Shown here: positions 46,772-55,922 of the stretch, piece after piece
Numbering within the stretch: position 1 is the stretch's first letter
How the letters are laid out: every line of letters begins with the position of its first letter
Assembly: GCA_039588295.1 (NCBI GenBank)
Contig: JBDHAB010000007.1
Location: 32,001-96,000 of the forward strand
Direction: 5' to 3'
Length of the DNA stretch: 64,000 nt
Origin: Gemmatimonadota bacterium
GTDB taxonomy: Bacteria; Gemmatimonadota; Gemmatimonadetes; Gemmatimonadales; GWC2-71-9
The notes under the pieces: model-generated
Told to the model about the DNA's origin: nothing
The model's database searches: none
What the model saw: only the letters and a program-made list of their open reading frames with translations
Position numbers and translations under genes: made by a program

Positions 46772-46953
46772 CAATGCTCGAACTGCAGGAACGCCGCGAT
46801 GTATCGCCCGTGTGCCCGCACTGCGATCAAGCGATTGGTTTGCTGTGGTTTCAGTCGCTGGCGGGGATGTTGGGGCGCCGCTATGTGTACTTCTGCCCGA
46901 GCTGCCACCGGGTACTGGGTGTGTCCCATCGCAAGGGATTCTGGATGGGCTGA
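46768..46953 (+). CDS. Small zinc-ribbon protein (CPHC...CPSC), 61 aa
   Basis: ATGA overlap with the citF stop, GGAGAGG upstream, two CxxC motifs. Confidence 0.7.
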   Translation: MTMLELQERRDVSPVCPHCDQAIGLLWFQSLAGMLGRRYVYFCPSCHRVLGVSHRKGFWMG

Positions 46954-47083
46954 GCGAGTAGCTCGTCGCAGGCACTCCGCGGCTTCTTCCCGCCTTAAGG
47001 TGGGCTTCATCGCTTCTTCAAGTTCGGTTGCCTCTTTTCTACGTATCCGCGCGATGTGCCCGCCACTCAGGAGGAGGCTTACC

Positions 47084-48130
47084 ATGGCAGGGATCGTAGG
47101 CTACGGGGCGTTCGTTCCCCGCAACCGGATCACGTCGGAGGAGATCGCCCGGCAGTGGGGCAAGGATCCCGAAAGTATCCGTCGAGGTCTGCTCCTCGAA
47201 GAGAAGTCGGTGCCGGGGATCGACGAAGACACGATCACGATCTCCGTGGCGGCGGGCCGGGCGGCACTCGAGCGCGCGGGGGTCAACCCGCAGCGAGTCG
47301 GCGCCCTGTATATCGGGTCGGAATCCCATCCCTATGCCGTCAAGCCGAGCGGGACCGTTGTTGCGGAAGCCCTGGGGATCGGACCCGAGGTCCACATAGC
47401 CGACTTGGAGTTCGCGTGCAAGGCGGGCACGGAGGCCATGTTCGTTGCCTTCGGACTGGTGGAATCGGGGCGGGTGGAATACGCGATGGGTATCGGCGCC
47501 GACACCTCACAAGGCGCCCCGAACGATGCGTTGGAGTTCTCGGCATCGGCGGGCGGTGCGGCGTTTCTGTTCGGCGGGACGAACCTGCTCACCGAGGTGC
47601 TCGAAACGTACAGCTACACGTCCGACACGCCCGATTTCTGGAGACGTGAGGGTGAATTTTATCCGCGGCACAGCGGGCGTTTCACGGGGGAGCCGGCCTA
47701 CTTCAAGCATGTCACCGCCGCGACCCGCGGCATCTTAGAAAGGTCCGGGCTCCGCCCCCAAGACTTTCGTTACGTCGTGTTTCACATGCCCAACGGGAAG
47801 TTCCCACTCTCGGTGGGCAAGCAGCTCGGGTTCACGAAGGAGCAGCTCGAGGTGGGGTGGGTCGTTCCCACCATGGGCAATACGTACTCTGGCTCCTCGC
47901 CAACCGGGCTGGCGGCAATCCTGGACGTGGCGGCGCCTGGCGATCTGGTGCTCATCACGTCGTTCGGCTCCGGGGCGGGGAGCGACTCGTTCGTCCTCCG
48001 AGCCACCGAGCTCCTCCCCGAACGGCGCAGCCGCGCACCCACGGTGCGCTCGATGCTTGAAGGCAGGAGGCGATACCTCACGTACGGTGAGTACGCGAAG
48101 TATCGCGAGAAGATCTTGGTGAACGATTGA
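47084..48130 (+). CDS. Archaeal-type hydroxymethylglutaryl-CoA synthase
   Basis: AGGAGG SD; GIVGYG, GSESHPYAVKP, DLEFACKAGT, DTPDFWRR, RFTGEPAYF, FHMPNGKF, GNTYSG, SFGSGAGSD. Confidence 0.88.
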   Translation: MAGIVGYGAFVPRNRITSEEIARQWGKDPESIRRGLLLEEKSVPGIDEDTITISVAAGRAALERAGVNPQRVGALYIGSESHPYAVKPSGTVVAEALGIGPEVHIADLEFACKAGTEAMFVAFGLVESGRVEYAMGIGADTSQGAPNDALEFSASAGGAAFLFGGTNLLTEVLETYSYTSDTPDFWRREGEFYPRHSGRFTGEPAYFKHVTAATRGILERSGLRPQDFRYVVFHMPNGKFPLSVGKQLGFTKEQLEVGWVVPTMGNTYSGSSPTGLAAILDVAAPGDLVLITSFGSGAGSDSFVLRATELLPERRSRAPTVRSMLEGRRRYLTYGEYAKYREKILVND

Positions 48131-48176
48131 TCCCGGCTCGCGAACCGCAGCCGACAGCTAACACGAGGAGGTGTGC

Positions 48177-49325
48177 ATGCGAGAGGTAGCGATCGTCGCG
48201 GCCGGGATGACCCGCTTCGGCGAGCTCTGGCAATCGAGCCTACGCGACCTCTTTGTCGAGGCGGCGTCCGAGGCACTGCGGAATGCCGGCACCGACCGAC
48301 TCGACGCGATCTACGTGGGCAACATGTCCGGCGGGCAGTTCGTGGGGCAGGAACATCTTGGCCCACTGATGGCGGATCATCTCGGGATGGCGGGGGTGGC
48401 GTCGACGCGTGTCGAGTCCGCCTGCGCCTCGGGAGGCGTGGCGCTCAGGACCGCGGTGCTCGAGGTGGCGTCCGGTATGAGTGACCTGGTGTTGGCAGCC
48501 GGAGTGGAGAAGATGAACGACGGCGTGGACGTGACTAACGTGCTCGCCACCGCCGCCGATCAGGAGACCGAAGTCTATCACGGTATCACGTTCCCTGGGC
48601 TCTACGCGATGATTGCCCGAGCCCACATGAAGGCATATGGGACCACCGAAGAGGATCTGGCCGCTGTCTCCGTAAAGAACCACCGCCACGGAGCGCTCAA
48701 TCCCAAGGCACAGTTCCAAACAGAGGTGACGCCAGAGCAGGTCATGCAGTCCTCGATGGTCGCCGAGCCGCTTCGGCTGCTGCACTGCTCGCCGGTGAGC
48801 GACGGTGCGGCCGCCGTCCTGGTGTGTTCGCTGGAGCGCGCGCGCGAGTTCACTGACAAGCCGGTGAAGATCAGGGGAAGTGGCCTGGCCACCGCCTCGA
48901 TGGCACTCGCCGATCGTCCTGACCCGGCGTTTCTGGATGCCGTGAGCCTCGCCGCCAGTCGTGCATACAAAGCCGCAGGTATCGGACCGGCCGATGTGCA
49001 GGTTGCCGAAGTCCATGACTGCTTCACCATTGCCGAATTGTGCGCGATAGAGGCGCTGTGTCTCACAGAGCGCGGAGCCGCGGGTGAAGCCACGCGTGCG
49101 GGCGAGACGGCGCTCGGGGGGCGCGTCCCCATCAACACGAGCGGAGGGCTCAAGTCGAAAGGCCACCCTGTTGGAGCGACGGGGGTGGCGCAGGCTATCG
49201 AGATCGTGGAGCAGCTACGGGGCGAGGCAGGTGATCGTCAGGTGGAGGGTGCTTCACTTGGCCTCTGTCAGAACATGGGCGGGTCGGGCGCAAGCTCGGT
49301 GGTCCACATCCTCGAGAGAGTCTAA
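48177..49325 (+). CDS. Archaeal/SCP-x-type acetyl-CoA acetyltransferase (thiolase)
   Basis: [48 protein letters not shown]. Confidence 0.88.
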   Translation: MREVAIVAAGMTRFGELWQSSLRDLFVEAASEALRNAGTDRLDAIYVGNMSGGQFVGQEHLGPLMADHLGMAGVASTRVESACASGGVALRTAVLEVASGMSDLVLAAGVEKMNDGVDVTNVLATAADQETEVYHGITFPGLYAMIARAHMKAYGTTEEDLAAVSVKNHRHGALNPKAQFQTEVTPEQVMQSSMVAEPLRLLHCSPVSDGAAAVLVCSLERAREFTDKPVKIRGSGLATASMALADRPDPAFLDAVSLAASRAYKAAGIGPADVQVAEVHDCFTIAELCAIEALCLTERGAAGEATRAGETALGGRVPINTSGGLKSKGHPVGATGVAQAIEIVEQLRGEAGDRQVEGASLGLCQNMGGSGASSVVHILERV

Positions 49326-49327
49326 TC

Positions 49328-49720
49328 ATGCCGAGTCCGAGATACTGGAGAGAGATCCCGAATCGCTACCGACTCGAGGCGCGGCGCTGCGGCAGTTGCA
49401 GTCGTGTCGTGTTTCCGGCGCGTCGTATCTGTCCCGGCTGTGGTGGCAGCGAGTTCGAGACCATCGCGCTGTCGCACCGGGGAACGGTCGTGACATCGAC
49501 CGTCGTCCATGTCGCTCCCGCAGAGTTTCTGATGGAGGCTCCCTATGCCATCGCCGTGGTGGAGACTCCGGAGGGCGCGCGCCTCATGGTCCAGGTAACG
49601 GACTGCGATCCTGCGGAAGTGGAGCCCGGGACTGCAGTCGACTTGGAGTTCCGGAAGATCCGTCGTGAGGGAAACGGCGGCATCCTGTGCTACGGGTACA
49701 AAGGGGTGCCGGCTGGCTGA
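49328..49720 (+). CDS. DUF35 zinc-ribbon/OB-fold scaffold protein
   Basis: RYWREIPNRYRL, CGSC...FPARRICPGC, PYAIAVVE, FRKI...YGYK. Confidence 0.88.
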   Translation: MPSPRYWREIPNRYRLEARRCGSCSRVVFPARRICPGCGGSEFETIALSHRGTVVTSTVVHVAPAEFLMEAPYAIAVVETPEGARLMVQVTDCDPAEVEPGTAVDLEFRKIRREGNGGILCYGYKGVPAG

Positions 49721-49755
49721 GCGATGCGCCGGCTGCTGCCGCCAGAGAGGTGCGT

Positions 49756-49932
49756 ATGCGGAGAGTCCAGGTTTGGGCAACAGTGAGCGAGGAGACGTAC
49801 CACGCGTATGAGGGTGAGGCCCGACGGCGTGGTGTGAATGTGGAAGCGCTGGTCGAGCAGACGGTCAACTGCCTGCTCCAAGAGCTCGAACGCGAGGAGA
49901 ACGAGGGGACGAGCTTCATCGTTCCATCCTGA
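49756..49932 (+). CDS. Small ribbon-helix-helix-like hypothetical protein
   Basis: GAGG SD; beta-strand MRRVQVWATV then helix-(ARRRGV)-helix pattern. Confidence 0.5.
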   Translation: MRRVQVWATVSEETYHAYEGEARRRGVNVEALVEQTVNCLLQELEREENEGTSFIVPS

Positions 49933-50005
49933 TGGTGGTGATCGGGCAAGGTGGGATGGCGGAGATCGTGAACCGATCATAGAATCGACGAGGGACGACC
50001 TGCGC

Positions 50006-50194
50006 ATGCTTCAACTCGATCTCTCGACCAAGGAGCTCGCGATCCTCGAAGAGGTTCTCGAGAGCTACCTTTCGGATCTCCGGATGGAGATCGCCAACAC
50101 GGACAGTATGGACTTCCGCGACATGCTCAAAGAGCGTAAGGCGGTGGTTATGGCTGCACTCCAGGCGGTTCGCGGGGAAAAGGCGGCCCAGTAG
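50006..50194 (+). CDS. Small helical hypothetical protein
   Basis: GAGGGA upstream; protein-like composition (LSDLRMEIANTDS..FR..LK). Confidence 0.6.
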   Translation: MLQLDLSTKELAILEEVLESYLSDLRMEIANTDSMDFRDMLKERKAVVMAALQAVRGEKAAQ

Positions 50195-50217
50195 CGACGT
50201 ATGGTCCACGAACATGG

Positions 50218-50916
50218 GTGCACGCTGCCGTGAAGGCCGTGGTTCCACCCCGCATCGTGCTGTCGCTGGTCCTCTTGGCCCTTTCCGGTAGCGCACTCGT
50301 GGCACAACAGCAACCCGACCGCCCCGTTCGACTCCCCGAGCCCGCGCTCGACGGCCCACGGTCGCTGGAGGCCGCGCTCTTCGCTCGCCACTCCGTGCGC
50401 GAGTTTGCCGAGAGCCCACTCACACTGTCGCAGGTGTCTCAGCTGCTGTGGGCAGCTCAAGGACGAAACCGGGACGACGGGGGGAGGACGGCGCCGTCTG
50501 CTGGTGCCCTGTATCCCCTGGAGGTGTACGTGCTGGCCGCGCAGGTCGACGGCCTGGCGTCCGGTGTGTACCGCTACGATCCCGACAACCACGAGCTCCG
50601 GTGGACCGTCGAAGGTGATCGCCGCAGAGCGCTGGCCACTGCGGCCCTTCGCCAGAGCTGGATCGCGGATGCGCCCGCGGTGTTGGTCCTCGCTGCGGTA
50701 TACGGGAGAACGACGCAAAAGTACGGTGAGTACGGTCGCACTTACGTCCACATGGAAATCGGGCACGTCGCTCAGAATGTCTACCTTCAGTGCGCCGCGC
50801 TCGGGTTGGGCACCAGCATGGTTGGGGCGTTTCATGAGGACCGGGTCACGCGAATCCTCGAATTACCGCTGGGGCACGAGCCGTTGGCCCTGCTGCCGGT
50901 CGGGAAGCCGCGATGA
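50218..50916 (+). CDS. SagB/ThcOx-family nitroreductase-like dehydrogenase with signal-like N-terminus
   Basis: RHSVREF, LLWAAQG, RTAPSAGALYPLE, GHVAQNVYL, VGAF. Confidence 0.85.
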   Translation: MHAAVKAVVPPRIVLSLVLLALSGSALVAQQQPDRPVRLPEPALDGPRSLEAALFARHSVREFAESPLTLSQVSQLLWAAQGRNRDDGGRTAPSAGALYPLEVYVLAAQVDGLASGVYRYDPDNHELRWTVEGDRRRALATAALRQSWIADAPAVLVLAAVYGRTTQKYGEYGRTYVHMEIGHVAQNVYLQCAALGLGTSMVGAFHEDRVTRILELPLGHEPLALLPVGKPR

Positions 50917-51070
50917 TCGGGGCGCGGTCGCACCGCCCATTCGGTGTGTGCAAAGAGGGCGAGGGTCCGTTACACGAACGGTCTTGACCTCGCCCTTCCG
51001 AGCGGGGCACCTTGGTGTGCACCGTGTCTGTCCTGCAAAACGCCCGAACGAACTTGGACCACGAGACCGC

Positions 51071-53056
51071 GTGACCGCACCCCTCTCTGATCGACAGCGC
51101 CGCGTGCTCGCGGCGGTGTGTGATACGCTGTTGCCGTCGATTGCGCGGGACGACGACCCGCATGGCCTCTTCGCCATCGGCGCCGACGCGGCAACGGTCG
51201 AACGGGTCGAGCGGATCATCTGCTCGCTGCGCGATCCGCACGATCGGACGCGCGTGACCCTGTTGCTCTCAGCACTGGGATCCCCGCTCGCCAACGTCGT
51301 ACTCTCCGGGCGCTACGGATCCTTCGCCACGATGTCCGGTGCTACGAGAGAAGCCGTGCTTCGGCGTTGGGCCTTCTCGCGCGTTCCGCTGCAGCGTGCC
51401 GGCTTTCAGGCGCTCAAGCGGCTGGCGCACATTGGATTCCTGGTCTGGCCACTCGAAGACGGTTCGCACCCTGCGTGGCGCGCCGCAGGCTATCCCGGTC
51501 CGCTGCCGCAGCCCGTACATGGCGTGACGCCACTTGCGGAGTGCGAGATCGATCGGGACACCGTGCTGGACTGTGACGTGGTCGTCGTTGGGGCAGGTGC
51601 CGGTGGTGGGGTCGTCGCTGGGGTGCTGGCATCCGCCGGACAGGACGTCGTGGTGCTCGAGAAGGGCCCCAACCCCGGTGCCACCGACATGACACAAGTC
51701 GAAGGCGACATGCTGGGCGCCCTCTATCTCGACGCAGGTCTCCTCATGACCAAGAGTGGCTCCATGCCCATTCTCGCAGGGAGCTGCGTTGGCGGCGGCA
51801 CGACCATCAACTGGACCACCAGCCTTCCGCTGCCGGAGCAGACCCGCGCCGAGTGGGACCAGGTTTCCGGGCTCTCGCTGTTCTCGAGCCGACGCTTCGC
51901 CGATTCGCTCGACCGTGTGGCCGCGCGTCTCCATCTGAGCACGCGCTGGACGACCCCGGGGGTGCGAGACCAGATCCTCGAGCGTGGCTGCCGGGCTCTC
52001 GGGTGGCACGTCGAGGCCCAGCCACGAAACGTGACCGACTGCCTCGAAGGCTTGGAATGTGGCTACTGCGGGTACGGGTGCCGTCATGGCGCCAAGAATT
52101 CCACGGCCGAGACGTATCTCCGCGACGCGGTGGCCGGTGGAGCGCGGCTGGTTCCGCAGTGTGACGTCGAGCGCGTGACCGCGGAGCGGGGCAAGGCGAC
52201 GGGCGTCATCGGAACCGTGAGCCGTTCGGACGGAGCATCGCGCCGCCTCACCGTGAGGGCCAAGGTCGTCGTGGTTGCGGCCGGGGCGATCTACACCCCG
52301 GCACTGCTCGGAAGATCGGGCCTTTCCAATCCGCGGGTGGGTCGCGGTCTTCGCCTTCATCCGGTGAGCGCCGTCATGGGCGTGTTTCCCGAGCGGGTCG
52401 AGGGGTGGAGCGGAGCGCTGCAGACGCGCTTCTCAAACCAGTTTGCGGATCAGAACGGCGGCTTTGGGGCCAGGTTGGAAACCGGTCCCACACACTACGC
52501 ACTTGCCGGAAGTGCTCTGGGGTGGGAAGGCGCAACCGAGTTTCGCCAGGAGCTATCGCGGTTTGCCCATATAAGCCACATCGGCATTCTCCTGCGAGAT
52601 CGGGATGCGGGGCGAGTCGCGGTTGGACGTGATGGGCGCCCGCGGGTCCATTACGAGGTCTCGCAATACGATGCGGCCCACATGCGTGCGGCTGTTCTCG
52701 GTGCCGCGGAGATTCTCGCGGCGGCGGGTGCCACCGAGGTGTTCACGATTCAGACCCCTCCGGTGCGGGTGCGGCCCGGTCGGTCGGGCTGGCTCGACGA
52801 GTTCACGCGGAGGGCGGACACGGTGGGGTACGGCTGCTGCCGGATGTCCTACATCAGCTTCCATCAACTGGCGAGTGCGGCCATGGGCAACGAACCTGCG
52901 TCGTCCGTCGTTGGCGAGATGGGTGAGACGCACGACGTGCGCGGCCTCTTTGTGGCGGACGGCAGCACGTTTCCCACATCGAGCGGTGTGAACCCGATGG
53001 TCACCATCATGGCTATCGCCGATCACGTCGCGCGAGGAATCCTCGAGCGTAGGTGA
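51071..53056 (+). CDS. GMC oxidoreductase, long-chain-alcohol-oxidase-like
   Basis: VVVGAGAGGG, GSCVGGGTTINW, CGYCGYGC, GLRLHP, SFHQLAS, SGVNPMVTI. Confidence 0.85.
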   Translation: MTAPLSDRQRRVLAAVCDTLLPSIARDDDPHGLFAIGADAATVERVERIICSLRDPHDRTRVTLLLSALGSPLANVVLSGRYGSFATMSGATREAVLRRWAFSRVPLQRAGFQALKRLAHIGFLVWPLEDGSHPAWRAAGYPGPLPQPVHGVTPLAECEIDRDTVLDCDVVVVGAGAGGGVVAGVLASAGQDVVVLEKGPNPGATDMTQVEGDMLGALYLDAGLLMTKSGSMPILAGSCVGGGTTINWTTSLPLPEQTRAEWDQVSGLSLFSSRRFADSLDRVAARLHLSTRWTTPGVRDQILERGCRALGWHVEAQPRNVTDCLEGLECGYCGYGCRHGAKNSTAETYLRDAVAGGARLVPQCDVERVTAERGKATGVIGTVSRSDGASRRLTVRAKVVVVAAGAIYTPALLGRSGLSNPRVGRGLRLHPVSAVMGVFPERVEGWSGALQTRFSNQFADQNGGFGARLETGPTHYALAGSALGWEGATEFRQELSRFAHISHIGILLRDRDAGRVAVGRDGRPRVHYEVSQYDAAHMRAAVLGAAEILAAAGATEVFTIQTPPVRVRPGRSGWLDEFTRRADTVGYGCCRMSYISFHQLASAAMGNEPASSVVGEMGETHDVRGLFVADGSTFPTSSGVNPMVTIMAIADHVARGILERR

Positions 53057-53130
53057 GAGTGGACCGCGAGTGTGCAACCGAGCGAGGTTGAGCCGTCATA
53101 CGGGGTGTAACGGGATCAAGGAGCCCATCC

Positions 53131-54573
53131 ATGATTGGCATGATGAACTCTAAGTCGTTGTTTGGTATGATCTTGGCAGCATGGCTCGGTGCGATGCCGA
53201 GCGCGGGGCAGGCGCAGCAGCCCGCCATCCAGTCGACGGCGGCAGACCGGCAGGCTGTCACCATCACGGTCTACAATCAGAACTTTGGCCTCGTCCGTGA
53301 GGTCCGCGACATGACGCTGACCCGCGGCGAGCTGCAGCTCGAGTTCCGCGACGTTGCGGCACAGATCCAACCTGAGACGGTCCACATCCGGAGCGTCGGG
53401 CGTGCGGGAGCGCTTCGGGTGCTGGAGCAGAACTATCAGTACGATCTGCTCAACCCCCAGAAGCTGCTCGAGAAGTATGTCGGACGCACGGTGAAGGTGT
53501 ATCGCTACAACGAGCGGACGGGGCGAGACGAAGAGTATGAAGCCGAAGTCCTGTCCGTGAATCAGGGGCCGATTCTGCGGATCGGTGACGAGATCACGTT
53601 CAACTTCCCCGGCAGGTTCTCCTTTCCCGAAATTCCCGAAAATCTGATCGCCAAGCCCACCCTCGTCTGGACCTTGGACAGCCGTGAACCGCGGCAGCGC
53701 GTGGAGGTGTCGTACCTGACGAACAGCCTCAATTGGAAGGCCGACTATGTCTTTGTCATCAATGAGGACGACACGCTCGGTGACCTCACGGGCTGGGTCA
53801 CCCTGACCAACCAAAGCGGCGCGACGTACGAAGATGCGCAGCTCAAGTTGGTGGCCGGAGATGTCCAGCGCGTGACGCCCCAGGCGCGTCGGCGGATGGA
53901 GTTGGATGCGCTGCGCGCCGCTGCCGTGGAGGAGTCGGGGTTTGTTGAGGAAGCGTTCTTCGAGTATCACCTCTATACCCTGCAACGGCCTACCACGCTG
54001 CTGCAGAACGAGCAAAAACAGGTCACGCTGCTGGAAGGGAGCGGTGTGGGGGTCGAGAAGCGGCTCATCTTTTACGGGGCGCCGTACTACTACCGAGGAT
54101 CCTATGGCCAGGTGATGTCGAATCAGAAGGTCGGTGTGTACCTGGACTTCCAGAACAGTGAGGACAACCGCCTTGGCATTCCGCTCCCCAAAGGGATCGT
54201 ACGCGTTTACAAGGCCGATGGCTCCGGCGCGCAGCAGTTCATTGGGGAAGATCAGATCGATCACACCCCCCGTGACGAGCGTGTACGGATCAAGATGGGC
54301 GAGGCCTTCGACGTCGTTGGCGATCGCCGGCAGATGGAGTACCGGGTCATCAGCAGGTGCGTGTCGGAGAGCACCTGGGAAATCACGCTGCGCAACCATA
54401 AGGATGAGCGTGCGGAAGTGCAGGTCTACGAGCCCGTCGGAGGTGACTGGGAGATCCTCTCCTCGAGCCATTCGCCGGAGAAGCTGGATGCACGGACCTT
54501 CAGGTTCACGGTGGATGTGCCGGCGCGAGGCGAGGTGACCGTGGAGTACCGGATAAGGGTGAAGTGGTGCTAG
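53131..54573 (+). CDS. DUF4139-domain exported protein
   Basis: Signal peptide; ITVYNQNFGLVRE, EQNYQYDLL, WKADY, FFEYHLY, PLPKG, IDHTP. Confidence 0.85.
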   Translation: MIGMMNSKSLFGMILAAWLGAMPSAGQAQQPAIQSTAADRQAVTITVYNQNFGLVREVRDMTLTRGELQLEFRDVAAQIQPETVHIRSVGRAGALRVLEQNYQYDLLNPQKLLEKYVGRTVKVYRYNERTGRDEEYEAEVLSVNQGPILRIGDEITFNFPGRFSFPEIPENLIAKPTLVWTLDSREPRQRVEVSYLTNSLNWKADYVFVINEDDTLGDLTGWVTLTNQSGATYEDAQLKLVAGDVQRVTPQARRRMELDALRAAAVEESGFVEEAFFEYHLYTLQRPTTLLQNEQKQVTLLEGSGVGVEKRLIFYGAPYYYRGSYGQVMSNQKVGVYLDFQNSEDNRLGIPLPKGIVRVYKADGSGAQQFIGEDQIDHTPRDERVRIKMGEAFDVVGDRRQMEYRVISRCVSESTWEITLRNHKDERAEVQVYEPVGGDWEILSSSHSPEKLDARTFRFTVDVPARGEVTVEYRIRVKWC

Positions 54574-54602
54574 CAGAGCGCCGACCCAATACGTAGCGGA
54601 AT

Positions 54603-54633
54603 CGACGGGGGGCGAGTGATCGCCCCCTCGTCG
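54603..54633 (+). terminator. GNRA-capped hairpin after the DUF4139 gene
   Basis: cgacggggggcga-GTGA-tcgccccctcgtcg. Confidence 0.5.
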
Positions 54634-54716
54634 TATGTGGGAGCATCGCTCTCATACTGGGCGTGCCCGACGGCTATCTTACTGCCTCGTCGTTCCGTCC
54701 ACGCTGGGTCCGCGCG

Positions 54717-55913
54717 ATGACCGATGCCACAACCGCTGCGCTGATCTCCGACCCGACCGCCGTCTTCGCCTGGCTCGCGGCCGTCGTGGCCGGCATCTTC
54801 TGGCTCAGTGGGCTGCCGCGGTTCAAGAAGCTGTTCGAGCTCACCCCGCCCGTGATCTACGCGTATTTCCTGCCCGCCATTTCCACGACACTGGGTATCA
54901 CGCCACCACTGTCTGATGCGTACACCTGGATGGTGCAGTACCTCCTGCCCATGGCGCTGCTGCTGCTCATGATCACCGTGGATCTCAAGGGCCTGCTTCG
55001 GCTCGGACCGATGGCGTTGTTCATGTTGGTGGCCGGAACGGCAGGCATCCTCGTAGGAGCTCCGGTGGCATTGGTGATCTTCGGGCCCTTCCTACCGGAG
55101 GACGCCTGGAAGGGCTTCGCCGCGCTCTCAGGAAGCTGGATCGGTGGCTCGGCGAACATGATGGCCATCGCCCGGAGTGTCGGGACGCCCGACGCGCTGC
55201 TCGGACCGATCATCGTGGTCGACACCGTCGTGGGCTACGGCTGGATGGGGGTACTGCTCTTCTTCAGCGTGTGGCAGCACCGGTTTGATCGAAGAACCAA
55301 CGCGCGAACGGACGCAATCGAGGATACCAACCGACGGCTGACAGACATCAATGCGCACCGCCATCCGATCGAGCTGTCGAACGCCGCCGTGATCATCGGC
55401 GGAGGCCTGGCTGCCGCGGCGCTCGCCGTTGGCGTTGGGCGGCAGCTGCCCGTGCTGGGGGACCCGACCATCATCAGCCACACCACGTGGGCCGTGCTCC
55501 TCGTGGTAACGGGTGGCCTGGTGCTCTCGTTTTCTCCGGTGAGCCGGCTCGAGGAAGTGGGAGCCTCTCGGATCGGCTACCTTGCGCTATACCTCATGAT
55601 GGCGGCGGTTGGAGCGCAGGCCGACTTCAAAGCGGTGATCGAGGCACCGGCCTTCTTGGGCGCTGGCGTAGTGTGGATTGGCATTCACGTAGTCGTGCTC
55701 TATCTCGCCGCACGCCTCGTCCGCGCCCCGCTGTTCTTTGTCGCCACGGCCAGCATGGCGAACATCGGAGGCCCTGCCTCAGCCCCGGTGGTGGCGGGCG
55801 TCTACCATCCGGCCATGGCCCCGGTCGGCCTGCTCATGGCGGTCGGCGGTTACGTGCTGGGGATCTACGGTGGATTGGTCTGCGCGTGGCTGCTGAGCTT
55901 GATCGGAGGATGA
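54717..55913 (+). CDS. DUF819-family membrane transporter
   Basis: Polytopic; GSWIGGSANM, ASMANIGGPASAPVVA, GYVLG. Confidence 0.85.
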   Translation: MTDATTAALISDPTAVFAWLAAVVAGIFWLSGLPRFKKLFELTPPVIYAYFLPAISTTLGITPPLSDAYTWMVQYLLPMALLLLMITVDLKGLLRLGPMALFMLVAGTAGILVGAPVALVIFGPFLPEDAWKGFAALSGSWIGGSANMMAIARSVGTPDALLGPIIVVDTVVGYGWMGVLLFFSVWQHRFDRRTNARTDAIEDTNRRLTDINAHRHPIELSNAAVIIGGGLAAAALAVGVGRQLPVLGDPTIISHTTWAVLLVVTGGLVLSFSPVSRLEEVGASRIGYLALYLMMAAVGAQADFKAVIEAPAFLGAGVVWIGIHVVVLYLAARLVRAPLFFVATASMANIGGPASAPVVAGVYHPAMAPVGLLMAVGGYVLGIYGGLVCAWLLSLIGG

Positions 55914-55922
55914 GAAGAGACG

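Noticed and set aside
46768..46953. LysW amino-group carrier protein
   Set aside because: Lacks the acidic composition and C-terminal EDWGE; no lysX/Z/Y/J/K nearby
47084..49720. PhlABC (2,4-diacetylphloroglucinol) biosynthetic cluster
   Set aside because: No PhlD type III PKS nearby, and the synthase keeps the HMG-CoA synthase catalytic residues
50218..50916. RiPP (thiazole/oxazole) cluster suggested by the SagB-type dehydrogenase and nearby small ORFs
   Set aside because: No YcaO or E1-like protein; the small ORFs lack Cys/Ser/Thr-rich cores; stand-alone SagB-like nitroreductases are common
50405..51070. 883-aa extended GMC ORF
   Set aside because: The first 222 codons overlap the nitroreductase in another frame and are not protein-like; the real start is probably GTG 51071
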